DNA of 64,000 nucleotides from an uncultured Pelagibacteraceae bacterium (GCA_902536975.1 CACAZG010000001.1:3802-67801), one strand, 5' to 3'; counted from the first letter of the stretch, positions 8,976 through 18,523 are shown. Made by a program: numbers and translations. Notes: generated by a model from the sequence alone, not told the origin.

Positions 8976-10757
8976 ATGACCAAAATGACTACAGAAGAAG
9001 CATTTATAAAAGTTCTTCAAATGCACGGAATTGAACACTCGTTTGGAATTATAGGTTCAGCTTTTATGGCTATATCTGATTTGTTTCCTAAAGCAGGAAT
9101 TACTTTTTGGGATGTAGCGCATGAAACTAATGGTGGTTTAATCGCAGACGGGTACACAAGAGCTACAGGTAAAATGTCAATGGTTATTGCTCAAAATGGG
9201 CCAGGAATTACAGGATTAGTTACACCAATTAAAACAGCTTATTGGAACCATACTCCACTGCTTTTAGTCACACCTCAAGCAGCTAATAAGACCATGGGTC
9301 AAGGTGGTTTTCAAGAAGTTGAACAAATGAATCTTTTTAAAGATATGGTTTGTTATCAAGAGGAAGTTAGAGATCCATCAAGGATGGCAGAAGTTTTAAA
9401 TAGAGTAATTGAGAAAGCTTTTAGGGGATCAGCACCTGCACAAATAAATGTGCCTAGAGATTATTGGACGCAAGTAATAGACATTGATTTACCTCCAATA
9501 GTAAGATTTGAAAGACAAGGTGGAGGAAAAGAGGCAATAGATAGAGCAGCAAAACTTTTATCAGAAGCAAAATTTCCAGTAATATTATCCGGCGCAGGAG
9601 TTGTGATTGGAGACGCTGTTGAGAATTGTAAAAAACTAGCTGAAAAATTGGATGCGCCTGTTTGTAATGGATATCAGCATAACGATAGTTTCCCAGGAAG
9701 TCACCCATTGGCAGTTGGTCCATTAGGATATAATGGATCAAAAGCTGGAATGGAATTAATTTCAAAGGCAGATGTTGTCCTTGCATTAGGGACAAGATTA
9801 AATCCATTCTCAACTTTACCAGGATATGGAATAGACTACTGGCCAAAAAATGCAAAAATTATTCAAGTAGATATGAATCCAGATAGAATTGGTCTAACTA
9901 AGAAAGTTACTGTTGGAATTTGTGGAGATGCTAAAATGGTATCTGAACAAATTTTGGAAAAATTAACACCTAAGGCAGGAGATGATGGAAGAGAAGAGAG
10001 AAAAAATTTAATTCATCAAACAAAGTCTGCTTGGTTGCAAACTCTTACAAGTCTAGATCATGAGGATGACGATCCGGGAACAGTTTGGAATAAAGAAGCA
10101 AGAGAAAGAGATACAGATAGAATGTCACCAAGACAAGCTTGGAGAGCTATTCAAGCAGGAATGCCTGAAGATGTTATAATTTCAAGTGACATTGGAAACA
10201 ATTGCGCAATTGGAAACGCTTACCCAACTTTTGAGAAACCGAGAAAATATTTAGCACCAGGATTATTTGGACCATGTGGTTATGGCTTTCCATCTATTTT
10301 AGGAGCAAAAATTGGATGTCCAGACACTCCAGTTATTGGATTTGCAGGTGATGGTGCCTTTGGTATTAGTATGAATGAAATGAGTTCATGCGCAAGGGAA
10401 GAATGGCCTGCAATTACGATGGTGATATTTAGAAATTACCAATGGGGTGCAGAAAAAAGAAATTCAATACTGTGGTTTGACGATAATTTTGTTGGTACTG
10501 AATTAGATCCTGAATTAAGCTATGCAAAAGTCGCAAATGCGTGTGGTTTGAATGGGGTGAAAGTAAAAACAATGGAAGAGACTACCAAAGCAATTAGACA
10601 ATCTTGTGAAGACCAAAAAAAAGGAATAACAACATTTATTGAGGTTATTTTAAATCAGGAATTAGGAGAACCCTTTAGAAGGGATGCAATGAAAAAACCC
10701 GTTCAGGTTGCTGGCATAGATAAAAAGGATATGAAACCTCAAAAAGGATTAAATTAA
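8976..10757 (+). CDS. xsc: Sulfoacetaldehyde acetyltransferase (ThDP)
   Basis: MTTEEAF..VLQMHGIEH.FGIIGSA, AHETNGG, GDGAFG...NYQWGAEKRN ThDP motif, LGEPFRRDAMKKPV. Confidence 0.95.
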   Translation: MTKMTTEEAFIKVLQMHGIEHSFGIIGSAFMAISDLFPKAGITFWDVAHETNGGLIADGYTRATGKMSMVIAQNGPGITGLVTPIKTAYWNHTPLLLVTPQAANKTMGQGGFQEVEQMNLFKDMVCYQEEVRDPSRMAEVLNRVIEKAFRGSAPAQINVPRDYWTQVIDIDLPPIVRFERQGGGKEAIDRAAKLLSEAKFPVILSGAGVVIGDAVENCKKLAEKLDAPVCNGYQHNDSFPGSHPLAVGPLGYNGSKAGMELISKADVVLALGTRLNPFSTLPGYGIDYWPKNAKIIQVDMNPDRIGLTKKVTVGICGDAKMVSEQILEKLTPKAGDDGREERKNLIHQTKSAWLQTLTSLDHEDDDPGTVWNKEARERDTDRMSPRQAWRAIQAGMPEDVIISSDIGNNCAIGNAYPTFEKPRKYLAPGLFGPCGYGFPSILGAKIGCPDTPVIGFAGDGAFGISMNEMSSCAREEWPAITMVIFRNYQWGAEKRNSILWFDDNFVGTELDPELSYAKVANACGLNGVKVKTMEETTKAIRQSCEDQKKGITTFIEVILNQELGEPFRRDAMKKPVQVAGIDKKDMKPQKGLN

Positions 10758-10820
10758 AAAAAAGTTTAGCAATTTTTTTAGTTATACTTAATTTAAAATC
10801 TATTTTATAAATTACCTTTC

Positions 10821-11210
10821 ATGGATCATAAGAATATTAAAATTAGTTCAAATAGAAGTTTTGGAATTGTTTTTTTTATAGTTTTTTTGTTAATTGGCCT
10901 TTATCCGTTAACAAATAATAATGAAATAAGAGTATGGTCAATAATTATAGCCTTAATATTTTTTATTTTAGGCGTTATTAATTCAAGAAGTCTTACACCT
11001 CTAAATTTGCTTTGGTTTAGATTTGGTATGTTTTTAGGAGGAGTTGTATCTCCTTTAATTATGGGCATCGTTTTCTTTTTTGTTGTCACACCAACTGGAA
11101 TTATTATGAGATTATTAAGAAAAGACTTGCTAAGATTAAAAAAAAATAATTCAACGACTTATTGGATTAAAAAGAAAGAAACTAAAAGCGACATGAGAAA
11201 CCAATTTTAA
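10821..11210 (+). CDS. SxtJ-family membrane protein
   Basis: SNRSFG, PLNLLWFRFG, FFVVTPTGIIMR, YWIK...MRNQF C-terminus; next to DUF5989 peptide and carbamoyltransferase. Confidence 0.85.
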   Translation: MDHKNIKISSNRSFGIVFFIVFLLIGLYPLTNNNEIRVWSIIIALIFFILGVINSRSLTPLNLLWFRFGMFLGGVVSPLIMGIVFFFVVTPTGIIMRLLRKDLLRLKKNNSTTYWIKKKETKSDMRNQF

Positions 11211-11359
11211 TGAATTTTATATTAGAATTTTGGAAATTTTTAAAAGTTAGAAAAAAATTTTGGTTAGTTCCAATTCTATTATTTTTATTTTTATTTGGAG
11301 GATTGATTGTTTTAAGTCAAGGATCTGCAGTTGCTCCATTTATTTACGCAATTTTTTAA
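11210..11359 (+). CDS. DUF5989/SxtK-like 49-aa membrane peptide, copy 1 (missing from ORF track)
   Basis: ATG overlaps the sxtJ stop (TAATG): MNFILEFWKFLKVRKKFWLVPILLFLFLFGGLIVLSQGSAVAPFIYAIF*. Confidence 0.92.
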   Translation: MNFILEFWKFLKVRKKFWLVPILLFLFLFGGLIVLSQGSAVAPFIYAIF

Positions 11360-11365
11360 AATCTA

Positions 11366-12265
11366 ATGGCTGACTTTTTAAAAAAAAAATACAATATAAT
11401 TGATAATATATACACTTTTGAAATTAAAGACTCTTCAACAAAAAAAGTTACAGAATTTTATAAGTTTAGTCCTTTCCCGAATTATAAAGAAACAGATAAT
11501 AAATCTACAATATTAGATAAAGGAAATAAAAATCTATTAGCAGCACAATTTAAAAAATTTGTTGGTTATAAAAAAAATGTATTAGAAGTTGGATGTGGCA
11601 CTGGTCAATTGTCTATTTTTTTTTCAATAGGAACAAATAATAATATTATTGCTTTAGATCCAACAATACAGTCACTTAAACTTGCAGAAAAGTTTACTTC
11701 AAAATATGATTTGAAGAATCTAAAATTTATAAATGCAGATATTTTTGATGATGTTTTGCAGAAAGATTATTTTGATTTTGTTTGGTGTAATGGTGTATTG
11801 CATCATACAAAAAATCCATATGCAGCTTTCGAAATTTTAATAAAATCTTTAAAAAAAAATGGATACGTATTAATTGGATTATATAATAAAATAGGTAGAT
11901 TAAGAACAATTGTTAGAAAATATTTATATAAAATTTTTGGTGAAAAATTTTTAATTAAAGTTGATCCAACATTAAGAAATTTAAAGCTTGATAAAGAAGA
12001 ACAAAAAGCTTGGATAAGAGATCAATATATACATCCAATAGAGAGTTTGCATACTTTAGACGAAGTTATGCGTTGGTTTAAAAAAAATAATATTGAATTT
12101 GTAAGCTCAATTCCATCATCTGATTACGACTATGACTATGAAGATATTTTTAGCCCTAAGTCACCTGGCACATTTTTTTCTAGAATGTTAAATCAATTTA
12201 TTATGATTTTTAATTCACTAGGTTCCGATGGAGGCCTATTTGTTGTTGTGGGAAAAAAAAAATAG
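11366..12265 (+). CDS. Class I SAM-dependent methyltransferase
   Basis: VLEVGCGTGQ motif I, ADIFD, FDFVWCNGVLHHT; subfamily motifs PFPNY and DQYIHPIE. Confidence 0.9.
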   Translation: MADFLKKKYNIIDNIYTFEIKDSSTKKVTEFYKFSPFPNYKETDNKSTILDKGNKNLLAAQFKKFVGYKKNVLEVGCGTGQLSIFFSIGTNNNIIALDPTIQSLKLAEKFTSKYDLKNLKFINADIFDDVLQKDYFDFVWCNGVLHHTKNPYAAFEILIKSLKKNGYVLIGLYNKIGRLRTIVRKYLYKIFGEKFLIKVDPTLRNLKLDKEEQKAWIRDQYIHPIESLHTLDEVMRWFKKNNIEFVSSIPSSDYDYDYEDIFSPKSPGTFFSRMLNQFIMIFNSLGSDGGLFVVVGKKK

Positions 12266-12301
12266 CCTTGAATATAGAAGTTAATTATATAATAGTAAAA
12301 T

Positions 12302-12451
12302 ATGAGCTTTATTAAAGAATTTTTCAATTATGTTATGTCCAGAAAAAAATTTTGGCTTTTGCCAATAATTTTAGTCCTCCTTTTGTTTGGAGGATTGATA
12401 ATATTAAGTCAAGGTTCTGCTGTCGCTCCATTTATTTACACGATTTTTTAA
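12302..12451 (+). CDS. DUF5989/SxtK-like 49-aa membrane peptide, copy 2 (missing from ORF track)
   Basis: MSFIKEFFNYVMSRKKFWLLPIILVLLLFGGLIILSQGSAVAPFIYTIF*; stop abuts the carbamoyltransferase ATG; TATAAT at 12288-12293. Confidence 0.92.
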   Translation: MSFIKEFFNYVMSRKKFWLLPIILVLLLFGGLIILSQGSAVAPFIYTIF

Positions 12452-14290
12452 ATGACCTATATTTTAGGTATTTCTGCATTTTATCATGATAGTGCAGCTG
12501 CCTTAATTGAAGATGGCAAGATTATTGCAGCAGCCCAAGAAGAGAGATTTACAAGAAAAAAACATGATTCGAACTACCCATTTAATGCAGTTAATTTTGT
12601 ATTAGATTTTAAAAATTTAAAATTATCTGAAATTAACCATATCGTTTTTTATGAAAAACCTTTTTTAAAGTTTGAAAGGCTATTGGAAACTTACGTTGCT
12701 TTTGCACCAAAAGGATACAAATCATTTGCAAAAGCAATTCCCGTTTGGCTTAGAGATAAATTGTTTCAAAAAAATATGATTTTAAATTGCTTAAAAAAAC
12801 ATGATAAAAATTTCAAAGATGAAAAAAAAATCCTTTTCTCTGAACATCACTTAAGTCATGCGGCAAGTGCTTTTTATCCCTCGCCGTTTGAAGAAGCTAT
12901 AATATTAACCGCAGATGGAGTTGGAGAATGGGCAACAACAACAGTTGCAATAGGAAAAAAAAATCACCTTGAAATAAAAAAGGAGTTACATTTTCCTCAT
13001 TCTTTAGGTTTACTTTATTCAGCTTTTACTTATTACACTGGTTTCAAAGTTAACAGTGGTGAATATAAACTTATGGGATTAGCTCCATACGGAAAGCCAA
13101 AATACTTCGAAAAAATATTAAATAATTTAATTGATCTTAAAGATGATGGAACATTTATTTTAGATCAAAGTTACTTTAATTATTCTACAGGTTTAACGAT
13201 GACTAACGAAAAATTTGATAAATTATTTGGTCAAAAACCTCGAAAACCAGATTCAGATTTGATAACAAATTTTCATATGGATATAGCGGCCTCAATTCAA
13301 AAAGTCACAGAAAAAATTATGTTAATGCTTGCTAAATCTCTAAAAGAAGAATTTAAAATCTCAAATTTATGTCTGGCAGGAGGAGTAGCACTTAATTGTG
13401 TTGCAAACGGAAAAATATTGGAAGAAAAAATATTTGATAATATATGGGTTCAGCCAGCAGCTGGAGATGCTGGAGGATCTCTTGGAAGTGCTTTGGCTTA
13501 TTGGCATATTGATTTGAATAAAGAGAGATTGAATATCAATGAGGACAACATGCAAGGCTCATATTTAGGAAATAAATTTACAGATGATGAAATTAAAAGA
13601 AAATTTGATGAAATGGGTGCAAATTTTGAGATTTTTAAAGACGACGAATTAATAGAAAAAACTGCAATAGAAATTTCAAAAGGAAACGCTATTGGATGGT
13701 TCCAGGGTAGAATGGAATTTGGCCCTCGAGCATTGGGAAATAGATCAATTTTAGGTGATCCAAGATCTGACAAAATGCAAAAAAATTTAAATTTGAAAGT
13801 TAAATTTCGAGAGAGTTTTAGACCATTTGCACCTTCTGTTTTAAATGAAGAAGTTTCAGAATGGTTTGAAATAAACACAGAGAGCCCTTACATGTTGTTT
13901 GTGGCAAAAGTTAAAACAAATAAGATTGTAGAAATGAACGAAGATCAAAAAAAACTCTTTGGTATTGATTTGTTAAACATAAAAAGATCCGAAATACCTG
14001 CGGTTACTCATGTAGATTATTCTGCTAGAATTCAAACAGTTTCAGAAAAAACTAATTCAAAATATTACAATTTAATTAAAAAATTTAAAGAAATAACAAA
14101 TTGTCCCATATTAATTAATACATCATTTAATATAAGAGGTGAACCAATAGTTAACACTCCCGAAGATGCTTTTAAATGTTTTATGGGAACAGACTTAGAT
14201 GCATTGGTTATAGGCAACTTATATCTTGATAAAAAAATGCAAAATAATAATTTAAAAAGTGATTACACTCAACAATTTGAACTAGACTAA
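12452..14290 (+). CDS. O-carbamoyltransferase, NodU/CmcH/TobZ family (SxtI-like)
   Basis: YHDSAA, EERFTRKKH, EHHLSHAAS, DGVGE, GEYKLMGLA, GGVALN, GPRALGNRS, FRESFRPFAP, NTSFN, C-terminal FELD. Confidence 0.95.
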   Translation: MTYILGISAFYHDSAAALIEDGKIIAAAQEERFTRKKHDSNYPFNAVNFVLDFKNLKLSEINHIVFYEKPFLKFERLLETYVAFAPKGYKSFAKAIPVWLRDKLFQKNMILNCLKKHDKNFKDEKKILFSEHHLSHAASAFYPSPFEEAIILTADGVGEWATTTVAIGKKNHLEIKKELHFPHSLGLLYSAFTYYTGFKVNSGEYKLMGLAPYGKPKYFEKILNNLIDLKDDGTFILDQSYFNYSTGLTMTNEKFDKLFGQKPRKPDSDLITNFHMDIAASIQKVTEKIMLMLAKSLKEEFKISNLCLAGGVALNCVANGKILEEKIFDNIWVQPAAGDAGGSLGSALAYWHIDLNKERLNINEDNMQGSYLGNKFTDDEIKRKFDEMGANFEIFKDDELIEKTAIEISKGNAIGWFQGRMEFGPRALGNRSILGDPRSDKMQKNLNLKVKFRESFRPFAPSVLNEEVSEWFEINTESPYMLFVAKVKTNKIVEMNEDQKKLFGIDLLNIKRSEIPAVTHVDYSARIQTVSEKTNSKYYNLIKKFKEITNCPILINTSFNIRGEPIVNTPEDAFKCFMGTDLDALVIGNLYLDKKMQNNNLKSDYTQQFELD

Positions 14291-15232
14291 ATGACATCAA
14301 TACTAAATAAAGAATTTTTATTAGTAAAATTTCCAATATTTTTTCCAATTTTATATATATCAGTCCTTTATACTTTTCCAAACTTTGAGACCCAATTGGT
14401 TTTTATAACAATTCTTCTATTGGCAGAAACACATTTTGGGGCAACTTGGCCTTTTTTTTTAAGTAAAGTAAATTATCCCCATATATTAAAAAATAAAATT
14501 TCTCTAATTTATGTACCAGCTATTCTAGCTTTGTTGTGTCTTATTGGATTTTTTCTCATTAAAAGTTTATTTCTTTTAATTTTTTTTGCAGCAAATGTAT
14601 TTCATGTAACTAGACAAAGCTTTGGAATTACAAACTTATACACAAAAGATTTGATTGAAAAAAAAAATTATATAAATGTTATTTATTTATTTAATTCTGC
14701 TTTCTTTTTAATTGCTTTTTTTAGGTTTTATATTCCATTAATAAAAACACAAAACCTTTTAGCATTAAATTTATTAGTTATTTTTTCTATGTTGTGTTTT
14801 TTTGTTTATTTTATTTATAAATTTAAATTTTCAGAAAATTTTTTTACAATGGTAACTGGGGTATTAATTTTTTACCCTGTATGTTTTGTAGACAATCCGG
14901 TGCATGCAATAATTATGGGTGTTACTATGCATTATAGTCAATACTTATTTCTTACAAATAAAGTTTTAAAAGAAAGAAATAAAAATGAATTATTAAAGAG
15001 TTCAGGAATTTCTATTTTTAAAAACAAGTTTTTAATTACTATTGTTATTTATTCATTAGTTATGTCAATTTTATCTATATTTGGAAAACATGAAACTGCT
15101 ATTTTAAGTAACTTAATAATAATTCCAATAACTGGGCAAATGCTACATTTTTATTTAGACTCTCAACTTTGGAAATTTAGCGAGAGCCATAATCGAGATA
15201 ATATTTTGAAATATTTGACAATAAAAACTTAA
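14291..15232 (+). CDS. Polytopic membrane protein with spaced His motifs, function unknown
   Basis: About 8-9 hydrophobic segments; THFGAT, FHVTRQSFG, MHYSQY, LHFYLDSQLW; ATG directly after the carbamoyltransferase stop. Confidence 0.75.
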   Translation: MTSILNKEFLLVKFPIFFPILYISVLYTFPNFETQLVFITILLLAETHFGATWPFFLSKVNYPHILKNKISLIYVPAILALLCLIGFFLIKSLFLLIFFAANVFHVTRQSFGITNLYTKDLIEKKNYINVIYLFNSAFFLIAFFRFYIPLIKTQNLLALNLLVIFSMLCFFVYFIYKFKFSENFFTMVTGVLIFYPVCFVDNPVHAIIMGVTMHYSQYLFLTNKVLKERNKNELLKSSGISIFKNKFLITIVIYSLVMSILSIFGKHETAILSNLIIIPITGQMLHFYLDSQLWKFSESHNRDNILKYLTIKT

Positions 15233-16335
15233 TTAAAATCTATCTGATTTATTATTCTATTAAAAACTACTTTAGTGCCTTTTTTATTCCAATGTAAGTC
15301 ACCAAATATAAAGGTATCCAAAGCAATTTGCTTAACATTTTCTCCTTTAAAATCTTCATATAAACTAATTAATTTAATATTATTTTCTTTAGCCCATTTG
15401 ACCCAATAAGGTTTGTGATATTTATCTTCATAAACTATTTGTGAAGGATGTGGATACAATATGAAATAAAAGTCTATATTATTTTTCCTTAATAAATTTA
15501 TTAGTTTGTTAAGATATTTTTCAGATTTTTTTAAACCTTCGTTAAAATTTTTGAATAAAGAGTCATCAAATGTCCAAGCTGATCTATCAACATGTGTCAT
15601 TCTATAATACAAAACATCTTCTGAGCTAGTATCAAAATAACTTTTACCAAATTTTTTCGATGCTTTGACTTTAAGTTTAAGGTAATTTTTTATATTCTCT
15701 GTAGCATCAGAAATTCTCAAAAAAGTCCTAAATATCAAAAAATTATTAACCAAAAATTTACCTAAGTCCTTTTCATCTTTGGTATCTGTGTTTACTAAAA
15801 TATTTCCTGAATTATCGTGAAATATAAATAATTCATCTATTATGTCTGAGGGATCTAAAAAAATTAGAGCTTCATCAAATTTGTACCCTTGATTGATGTA
15901 ATGTTCAGTTTTTTTAAAATAAATACTAGGAGAGTAAGAACCAACAGCACTATTCAAGACCTCATACTCTTTTTCTAGTTTCTTTTGTAATAACCCACCT
16001 ATTGTATGTTCATAATCATAACCAGCACCCTCAATTGCAGAGTCTCCTATTAATAGCAATCTTTTCTTATCTATTTTTTTTGAAATATTTTTTGTTGTAT
16101 AATCTCTAAAACCCAACGAATTAGTAATAAGTCTTTTTTCTAATTTAAACCCCCATGGCTCAATAACATCTATATTAGGTTTGATAGTATGATGGTAAAT
16201 ATTTGATGGTATTCTCCAGTGGTGATCTACTAATTTACTATATTTCCAAAAATTACTATTTTTAAAAAATAAATTAGATAAGATTAAATCTACTAAAAAT
16301 ATAAAGCTAAGAAAAAAAATTGATTTTTTTACCAT
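15229..16335 (-). CDS. Membrane-anchored SGNH/GDSL-fold protein
   Basis: N-terminal TM, TNSLGFRD, block I IGDS, block II VGSYS, block V GDLHWN. Confidence 0.82.
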   Translation of the reverse strand: MVKKSIFFLSFIFLVDLILSNLFFKNSNFWKYSKLVDHHWRIPSNIYHHTIKPNIDVIEPWGFKLEKRLITNSLGFRDYTTKNISKKIDKKRLLLIGDSAIEGAGYDYEHTIGGLLQKKLEKEYEVLNSAVGSYSPSIYFKKTEHYINQGYKFDEALIFLDPSDIIDELFIFHDNSGNILVNTDTKDEKDLGKFLVNNFLIFRTFLRISDATENIKNYLKLKVKASKKFGKSYFDTSSEDVLYYRMTHVDRSAWTFDDSLFKNFNEGLKKSEKYLNKLINLLRKNNIDFYFILYPHPSQIVYEDKYHKPYWVKWAKENNIKLISLYEDFKGENVKQIALDTFIFGDLHWNKKGTKVVFNRIINQIDFN

Positions 16336-16398
16336 AATTAAAAAAACATATATTTCACAATTAAAAAATGTGTATAATATGTTTCATAATCTTTAATC

Positions 16399-17400
16399 AT
16401 GAAAGTTCAATTAGAAAAGTGGTACAGGCCAAAATTTGATAAAGAAGTCATTAAAGAACTCTCTAAAAAATCTGATATAAAAGGCCTATTGCATGTGACT
16501 ATTTTCTTTTGTGTCCTTTTAGTTGTAGCTATTTTAGCATATTTAACTTGGGGCACATGGTGGTCGGTATTATGGTTTTTTATTTATGGAAATATTTACT
16601 GTTTTAGCAATCCTATTTGGCACGAAACTGGACACAAAACTGCTTTTAAATCTAAGTTCTTAAATGAATTATTTTATTTCATATCTTGCTTTATGGCCTA
16701 CTTTGAACCAACAAGATGGAGATATACACATTTTATACACCATGGAAATACTTATTCCACCAATGATCCATATGATCATGAGATAGAATATAACAATGAT
16801 ATTGGAAAAACGCCTTTGAAATTTTTAATAAATATAATTCCATTTGCTCAATTGATATTTTTTAAAAGTAGTATTGCATATGAAGTTATTCAACATGCAT
16901 TTGGTGTCAAAACAAAAATAATGATAGATAGCATCCCTGAAAAAGTGAGACCAAGAGCAGTTTTAATTTCAAGAATATTTGTAATCATTTGGCTTTTAAT
17001 AATAGCCTGGTCATTGATTATCCAGTCTTGGTTACCAGCTCTATTTATTTTATTGCCACACTTTTATGGAAAAACTCTTCACAAAATTATTTCGTTTACA
17101 CAACACGCTGGCTTAGCAAGAAATGTTAAAGATCATAGATTATCAGCTAGAGATATTAAATTAAATCCTATTTTAAGTTTTTTATACTGGAGAATGGAAT
17201 ATCATTGTGTGCATCATATGTTCCCGACTGTGCCTGCTCATAATTTAAAAAAACTACATGATCATTTAAATGATCAGCTCCCAGAAATTAAGAATGGATT
17301 AATCGAAACATATAAAGATATAATTCCGGCTTTAAAAAAGCAAAACTTAGATCCAGATTATCATTTGCCAATATTGCTTCCTGAATACCAAGGCTTATAA
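16399..17400 (+). CDS. Membrane di-iron fatty-acid desaturase / hydrocarbon oxygenase family (MocD-like)
   Basis: His boxes HETGH, HFIHH, QH, HCVHH(MFP). Confidence 0.88.
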   Translation: MKVQLEKWYRPKFDKEVIKELSKKSDIKGLLHVTIFFCVLLVVAILAYLTWGTWWSVLWFFIYGNIYCFSNPIWHETGHKTAFKSKFLNELFYFISCFMAYFEPTRWRYTHFIHHGNTYSTNDPYDHEIEYNNDIGKTPLKFLINIIPFAQLIFFKSSIAYEVIQHAFGVKTKIMIDSIPEKVRPRAVLISRIFVIIWLLIIAWSLIIQSWLPALFILLPHFYGKTLHKIISFTQHAGLARNVKDHRLSARDIKLNPILSFLYWRMEYHCVHHMFPTVPAHNLKKLHDHLNDQLPEIKNGLIETYKDIIPALKKQNLDPDYHLPILLPEYQGL

Positions 17401-17597
17401 TGTATAAAAATTATAAATTATTTCTATTCTTTATTACTGCAATAATTTTTTTATATTTTAGTGTTGGAAAGTATGAAGAGTTCAGTTTAAAAAAATCTAT
17501 TTCAGCATGCACTCTTGCAAAAAGTAAAATTAAAAAAAACTTAAGTCCCAAAGAAGCAAGAAAATTATGTGAAGTTGAAATTAAACAAAATAAATGA
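17400..17597 (+). CDS. Small membrane-anchored hypothetical protein with a Cys pair
   Basis: N-terminal TM, SAC...LC; overlapping stop/start with both neighbours. Confidence 0.6.
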   Translation: MYKNYKLFLFFITAIIFLYFSVGKYEEFSLKKSISACTLAKSKIKKNLSPKEARKLCEVEIKQNK

Positions 17598-18523
17598 GAA
17601 TTTTTTTTTATTCGATTTTAATTAGTATACTTTTAAATAGTTACTCTTTTTCAGATACCAGGTTTGAGAAAGATTTAAAAAAACTTTCTAAATATAATTT
17701 TTTTGTTAACAATGAAGGCAATCGTTACGAATTAAACCAAAATGTTGATAAAAATAAAACTATAATATTAATTTATAGCCATGGTAGCGGAGGCTCTGAA
17801 AGAAACTTACAAAAATGTAATAAATCTTGGTGGCAAATACCACCAACAATCTATCAATTGGATGGAGTAAAAATTAAAGATTTCACAATCAAAACTTATC
17901 AACTGTGCAAGGGTGCAAGAGGATTTTCACAGAAAGATGGAGATTTGTTTTGGAACACTTATGATAAAAACAATCAAGATGTCAATAGTGTTCTAGGTCT
18001 CAAGGATGAAAATGGCGTATTATTAATTCAGAAATGGGAGGGACCAATACAAGAAAAAGTTATTAAGTTGAAGGTTGATGAATTTAAAAAGAGAGGTTTT
18101 AATAATATCGTTCTTTCGGGTCATTCAGCTGGTGGATGGGACTCACTAGTTTTAAAATCAAATTTTTCATCAGAAATTGATGGTGTGATAGCATTCCATC
18201 CTGCAAGATCAGGAAAATTTGCTGGTACAAAAAAACCACACAAAGGATGGATAAATTGGAGAAATTATAAAATATCAATGATAAAAGTAGATCAACTACA
18301 AAATGTTTTAGTTTTTAGCCATGAAAAAGATAAATATGAAAATCCCAAAACATCAAAATTTCTATCTAACTCAGAAAATGTAAGATTTGTTGATGTTAGC
18401 GATACTAATTGCAAAAAAAAATTAAAAACTGGTGGCTGGCATGGTATAACCTTAACAAAATGTTTTGCTGATAGCGATCCAAATAGAAAAGAGATTATCA
18501 AATATTTAGAGAATATATTTTAA
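17594..18523 (+). CDS. Secreted alpha/beta hydrolase
   Basis: Signal peptide, YSHGSGG, nucleophile elbow GHSAGG, D and WHG candidates for the triad. Confidence 0.8.
   Translation: MRIFFYSILISILLNSYSFSDTRFEKDLKKLSKYNFFVNNEGNRYELNQNVDKNKTIILIYSHGSGGSERNLQKCNKSWWQIPPTIYQLDGVKIKDFTIKTYQLCKGARGFSQKDGDLFWNTYDKNNQDVNSVLGLKDENGVLLIQKWEGPIQEKVIKLKVDEFKKRGFNNIVLSGHSAGGWDSLVLKSNFSSEIDGVIAFHPARSGKFAGTKKPHKGWINWRNYKISMIKVDQLQNVLVFSHEKDKYENPKTSKFLSNSENVRFVDVSDTNCKKKLKTGGWHGITLTKCFADSDPNRKEIIKYLENIF

Noticed and set aside
10821-16335. Saxitoxin biosynthesis suggested by sxtI/J/K/L-like genes
   Set aside because: No sxtA, sxtG, sxtB or other core genes in the window; these families occur widely outside toxin clusters.
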